Of a DNA stretch of 64,000 nt, positions 60,373-64,000 are shown piece by piece. This DNA is from a virus: IMG/VR virus record IMGVR_UViG_3300045391_006216, positions 1 to 64,000 of that record. The stretch is one strand, 5' to 3'. A program made the position numbers and the translations under genes. Under the pieces are notes generated by a model. The model was not told the origin of the DNA. It saw only the letters and a list, made by a program, of their open reading frames with translations, and did not search any database. Each line of letters opens with the position of its first letter. Within the stretch, counting starts at the first letter, position 1.

Positions 60373-60875
60373 AAAAAATAATACGCACTAGTAGCTCCAC
60401 ACCAACCAGCTAGGACAGCATTGTTAGAAATGTTTTTGAGAACTACTAAGTTATCTTCTTTATTGAGATAGTAAGGTAAAGGTTCAGCGCTTAACCAACC
60501 ATAAGCGATCGCCTGGGAGTCTCGCTCAAAAAAAGTTAAGACTTCTAAACTTTGTTCGTATTTTGAGTAATAGTAAGGTAGATGACAAGATGGATATTCT
60601 CTTAATGATTCGCGATTAACTGTGTGCGATCGCCAGTGGTTCCTACCGCTCTGAACTTTCCAAGAGAGTCGATCGCCTTTGATTTCTTTTGGATTAGCTT
60701 CTAACCAATCGTAAAGTTTCTTAGCTTGCTGCAATGCGTGGTCTGATCCTTCAAAAACGACGTTTGGGGAAAAAATATCACCATCAAAATGCACCGCGAC
60801 TTCAAATAAGTTTTCATCATCCTCATATTCTGCTTTTATTACCTCGATAATTCCATTTTTATATAGTTCTGCCAT
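60360..60875 (-). CDS. Hypothetical protein
   Basis: Downstream of the recombinase. Confidence 0.65.
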   Translation of the reverse strand: MAELYKNGIIEVIKAEYEDDENLFEVAVHFDGDIFSPNVVFEGSDHALQQAKKLYDWLEANPKEIKGDRLSWKVQSGRNHWRSHTVNRESLREYPSCHLPYYYSKYEQSLEVLTFFERDSQAIAYGWLSAEPLPYYLNKEDNLVVLKNISNNAVLAGWCGATSAYYFFWQY

Positions 60876-60881
60876 GTAATT

Positions 60882-61532
60882 TTAAATTGTATTTACGTTG
60901 CGATCGCTAAAATTGGAGATGTCGTCAAACACCCATTTCCCGACATTTTCTTCCACAGGAGAGAGCATTGATAAGGCAGAAGCGGCTCCTAGCACCTGTT
61001 CGTCTGTTACTTCTAAGTAACGCTGCAACTGCTCTAAGCTTTTGTGCCCAGAAATTTCTTGAATCACCCGCAACGGTACGCCGGCGTTGCTCATCTGGGT
61101 CAAGGCAGTGCGGCGAAAACTGTGGGTGCTGGCCCCCAAGATGCCGACTTGCTGGCAAGCCATTCTCAATATCCTAGAAGCTGAATCGTGGCTGATATGC
61201 CCGTCGCTGCGACCGGGGAATAAATACTCACTTCCTGCCAAAGGATGATATTTAATAAGTAATCTTCGCAAGTCTTCAATCACTGGGATGGAGCGAGTTG
61301 CCAGCTTGCCCTTGGTGTTTGCTTTTCTAATGATAAAGTGCGACCTGACTTGCCCTTTGGGGGTGTATATATCAGGGGTTAACAGAGTGCAGGCTTCGCG
61401 GATTCTGGCAGCACTAAATAAACACACGCCAAACAAAGTGCGATCTCTGTCATTTTCTAGACCTGATGCAAAAATTAGCTGTATCTCTTTTTGAGTTAGC
61501 ACTTTAGCTTTGCCATGTCGATTAATTTTCAT
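60882..61532 (-). CDS. Short tyrosine recombinase (catalytic domain only, cyanobacterial type)
   Basis: ARIREA, TKGK, HSFRRT, GH..L..LQRY. Confidence 0.93.
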   Translation of the reverse strand: MKINRHGKAKVLTQKEIQLIFASGLENDRDRTLFGVCLFSAARIREACTLLTPDIYTPKGQVRSHFIIRKANTKGKLATRSIPVIEDLRRLLIKYHPLAGSEYLFPGRSDGHISHDSASRILRMACQQVGILGASTHSFRRTALTQMSNAGVPLRVIQEISGHKSLEQLQRYLEVTDEQVLGAASALSMLSPVEENVGKWVFDDISNFSDRNVNTI

Positions 61533-61718
61533 TGCTGCTGTGTAGTCCCCAATTTAAACACTACAGGAGTTTGATGCAGTCATTTCAGCAAAAATGTTGT
61601 GACTAGATAGCTTTGTTCGTCCTTCAGAAATTCATCATATAGTAGATTTTAATTATTTTATATGCAGTGTACACAGGATATATGGTAAAATTTTTACAAT
61701 AATATCCGACCAAAAACT

Positions 61719-64000
61719 ATGCCTAATCCACATCCTAAGGTTGAGAATTTAGTCAAGCAAAAAACGGTTTGGAAGAACTTACCAACTAAGCCTTTGCGAG
61801 TTCCGGAAATTTATTGCGAAGAAATTGAAAATTATGCGCGATTGCTCGATGCTGGGATGGAGTCTAAATTTTGGGATGGGGAAGATGACGAGCCACCATC
61901 AGCATCGCAGTTAGAATTTGTCCTTAATTCAGTTAGATCTTGGCAACTAGAGGATATCGTCAAGCTTCAGTCAGAGTTACCCGCAATTATTGATGAGAAG
62001 AAAGAGAAGACATCCGATCGCCGACTTGAAAGGGCAATCTGTTATTTGTCATCACAGTGTGATGGTGCTAATTCTTTAGATGGTCAAGGTTTTAATAAAG
62101 CCGACTCAGGCTTTGGGCATTGGTTAGCTGGTCAAATTCGACAGCAAAGGCCACTGCTCCAAGCACACGCTCTAGCTGCATACAACATGATTAAAAAGTA
62201 TAGTAAGCAGATGAGTAAAGCGGGTTTATCGTTACCTTTATGGGATGCGATCGCTCATCAATATCCTGTTAATTCAGCACCAGTAATTGTTACTCAAGAA
62301 GACAAAACCATTACCCCAGAACATAGGGTAGAAGTCAAAGGGGATATGATTGCTGTGTACGCTCCTTATGATTCATCTGGTAAGTTTCAGCGTGATTCTA
62401 AAACTATTGAGGGGTATAAGTTTGAAGGTAGCGATAAATCCTGGCGTTTTCCTCTCTCGAAAATTCAGGAAGTTATAGAAAAGCTGACAAATGACCAATT
62501 TCACCTGACACCAGAGGTTGAGGGAGCAGTAGCACTAGCCCAAAAAGAGCGTGAGGAGGAAGAAGCAGCTAAGAATGCAGCGGCGTTGGTAGCTGCTGAT
62601 GAAATTGTGAAACTGGTAAAACAGGCCAGTTTAGATGCGCCCTTGGCTAATGGCTGGTATCTACGCGATTATCAAAAGCAGGGTGTAGAGTGGCTCCTTG
62701 CACACCGTCGCGGTGGAATTTACACCGGGGGTATTCTCTCAGATCACATGGGATTAGGAAAATCGCTTACAGCGTTGGTCGCAGCAAGGGCAATGCAGCG
62801 TACACACGATTGTCCAATATTTGTGATTGCTCCTGTGTCTGTGATGGATAACTGGGTACGCGAGGCGGAAAGGGCAGAGGTGAAGATTGAGTGTTTCAGT
62901 TGGGCTAAACTTCCAAAACCACTTGAGACTAAGAAATATGTGTTGATAGCTGATGAGTGCTTTCTTTATAGCACAACAATATTGACTAATATCGGTTGGC
63001 TGCCTATTGGGTCTATAGTCGAATTGAAGCTTAATGTGTTCATTGCATCTTTAAACATTGAGCGTAATGTGATAGAGTGGAAGCCTATAAATAGATGGAT
63101 TTCACGTACTAGAAAAAATAACTTGGTAAAAGTTATTCATACTACAGGTGAGTTCATTTGCACTGCAAACCACAAAATTTGGACTGAAGAAAACGGATAT
63201 GTTAAAGCAGAAACGCTCAAATGTGGAGCGAGTTTGCGAATATTGCCAGAGTATTTTTCTGACACCAACCAAAGGCAAGAACACAGCGAGATTTTGCAGT
63301 CGTACTTGTGCAAGCAAGGCAAAATACAGCACATCGGAAGCAAGGGAAAAGCATTCACGGACAACCAGACAACCATTAGTACAGAAAGCTTGTCAGTGGT
63401 GTGGACAGATTTTTCAAATGAGACAGAACAAGAAACTCAATCAGAGGAGGCAGTTTTGCAGCAAGGCTTGTGCGAATACTCACAAAGCCAATCAACCACA
63501 AGAGAAAGAGCGATCGCGTCAATTAGTTCGTCATGCCATCGAATCAAACAAGGGCAGGACGCGACCCGATGCAAGCAAGCGCATGAAGGAAAGAAACCCG
63601 ATGAAAAACCCTGCTACTTTGTTGAGGGTATCTCAAGCCCTCAAGGGCAGGACATTTTTAGCCAGAGGCGGCAACTCAAAAATTACAGAACCTCAGATGA
63701 ATTTAGCTACTGCATTGCTGCTGACAGATTATATGGAATATCCGATATCTACCAGTTCAGTAAAACATTTGTTTCCTTGCCTTCCGCCCTCTTACAAGGT
63801 GGATATAGCTTATCCAGAGAAGAAAATAGCTATCGAGGTAGACGGGAGGACTCACAAGCTAAAGAAACAGAAGTTTTTGGATCAAAGGAAAACAGAGGTT
63901 TTGAATGCTCTAGGGTGGTCAGTGTTGAGGTTTTGGAACGAGGAGATATTGAACGACTTGGAATTAGTTTTACTGAAAGTCAAACAGTTTATAACTTAGA
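61719..64000 (+). CDS. SNF2-family helicase/ATPase containing an intein; runs off the window and is absent from the ORF track
   Basis: Manual translation is open from ATG 61719 to the end: LRDYQKQGVEWL, GILSDHMGLGKS, VIAP.SV..NW..E, VLIADE followed by the intein. Confidence 0.92.
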   Translation, partial: MPNPHPKVENLVKQKTVWKNLPTKPLRVPEIYCEEIENYARLLDAGMESKFWDGEDDEPPSASQLEFVLNSVRSWQLEDIVKLQSELPAIIDEKKEKTSDRRLERAICYLSSQCDGANSLDGQGFNKADSGFGHWLAGQIRQQRPLLQAHALAAYNMIKKYSKQMSKAGLSLPLWDAIAHQYPVNSAPVIVTQEDKTITPEHRVEVKGDMIAVYAPYDSSGKFQRDSKTIEGYKFEGSDKSWRFPLSKIQEVIEKLTNDQFHLTPEVEGAVALAQKEREEEEAAKNAAALVAADEIVKLVKQASLDAPLANGWYLRDYQKQGVEWLLAHRRGGIYTGGILSDHMGLGKSLTALVAARAMQRTHDCPIFVIAPVSVMDNWVREAERAEVKIECFSWAKLPKPLETKKYVLIADECFLYSTTILTNIGWLPIGSIVELKLNVFIASLNIERNVIEWKPINRWISRTRKNNLVKVIHTTGEFICTANHKIWTEENGYVKAETLKCGASLRILPEYFSDTNQRQEHSEILQSYLCKQGKIQHIGSKGKAFTDNQTTISTESLSVVWTDFSNETEQETQSEEAVLQQGLCEYSQSQSTTRERAIASISSSCHRIKQGQDATRCKQAHEGKKPDEKPCYFVEGISSPQGQDIFSQRRQLKNYRTSDEFSYCIAADRLYGISDIYQFSKTFVSLPSALLQGGYSLSREENSYRGRREDSQAKETEVFGSKENRGFECSRVVSVEVLERGDIERLGISFTESQTVYNL
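62958..64000 (+). mobile_element. Intein inserted at helicase Walker B (after DE)
   Basis: Block A CFLYSTTILTNIGWLPIG, block B FICTANHKIW, C-terminal RVVSVEVL...TVYNL (block F); terminal His-Asn lies beyond the window. Confidence 0.9.
63199..63999 (+). CDS. Zn-finger plus Vsr/DUF559-like endonuclease, nested in the +1 frame of the intein
   Basis: CEYCQ..F...FCSRTC and CQWCG..F...FCSKAC; YKVDIA.....IAIEVDG.TH......D.RK...L..LGW.VLRFWN; ATG 63199 (GTG 63148 possible). Confidence 0.9.
   Translation: MLKQKRSNVERVCEYCQSIFLTPTKGKNTARFCSRTCASKAKYSTSEAREKHSRTTRQPLVQKACQWCGQIFQMRQNKKLNQRRQFCSKACANTHKANQPQEKERSRQLVRHAIESNKGRTRPDASKRMKERNPMKNPATLLRVSQALKGRTFLARGGNSKITEPQMNLATALLLTDYMEYPISTSSVKHLFPCLPPSYKVDIAYPEKKIAIEVDGRTHKLKKQKFLDQRKTEVLNALGWSVLRFWNEEILNDLELVLLKVKQFIT

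Larger units (their letters stand above)
1..64000. mobile_element. Part of a large temperate cyanophage (prophage or phage-plasmid); both ends lie outside the window
   Basis: Portal, MuF, head protease, capsid, tape measure, terminase, replication and recombinase genes; no host housekeeping genes; HIP1 GCGATCGC is frequent throughout. Confidence 0.93.

Noticed and set aside
1-64000. Diversity-generating retroelement, retron, tRNA or IS transposase
   Set aside because: No reverse transcriptase, transposase, TR/VR pair or cloverleaf recognised by eye
1-64000. Frequent GCGATCGC palindromes as a phage-specific signal
   Set aside because: This is the well-known cyanobacterial HIP1 sequence

Overview
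The whole window is part of a large temperate phage (prophage or phage-plasmid) of a filamentous, Nostocales-like cyanobacterium. The host call rests on dense HIP1 GCGATCGC sites and heptamer STRR-type repeats. No host genes or att ends are visible. The window holds a portal/MuF/DUF2213-like protease/DUF2184-like capsid head module, a 2957-aa tape-measure-like gene, a group-2-like sigma factor, XRE regulators, a replication initiator with iterons, three DNA methyltransferases, a terminase, a tyrosine recombinase and an SNF2 helicase. Three things stand out. (1) A putative virion-packaged effector polyprotein system: five head-module proteins share 10 copies of a Cys-rich 'CGxx[CYF][IL]xxxxxC' tag and are punctuated by [K/R/H]-x-D-[S/A] sites that also occur at the N-termini of capsid, portal and protease. 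The cargo is four alpha/beta hydrolases, a HipA-like kinase, a JAB domain, a pyrophosphatase-like domain, a zincin peptidase and a ParB-like domain. (2) The helicase, absent from the ORF track, has an intein whose frame stays open while a Zn-finger/Vsr-like endonuclease is encoded inside it in the +1 frame. (3) The terminase is split at Walker A by a precise 39-nt insert with stops in all three frames. Some accessory genes are decayed. All family assignments come from motif recognition by eye, not database searches.
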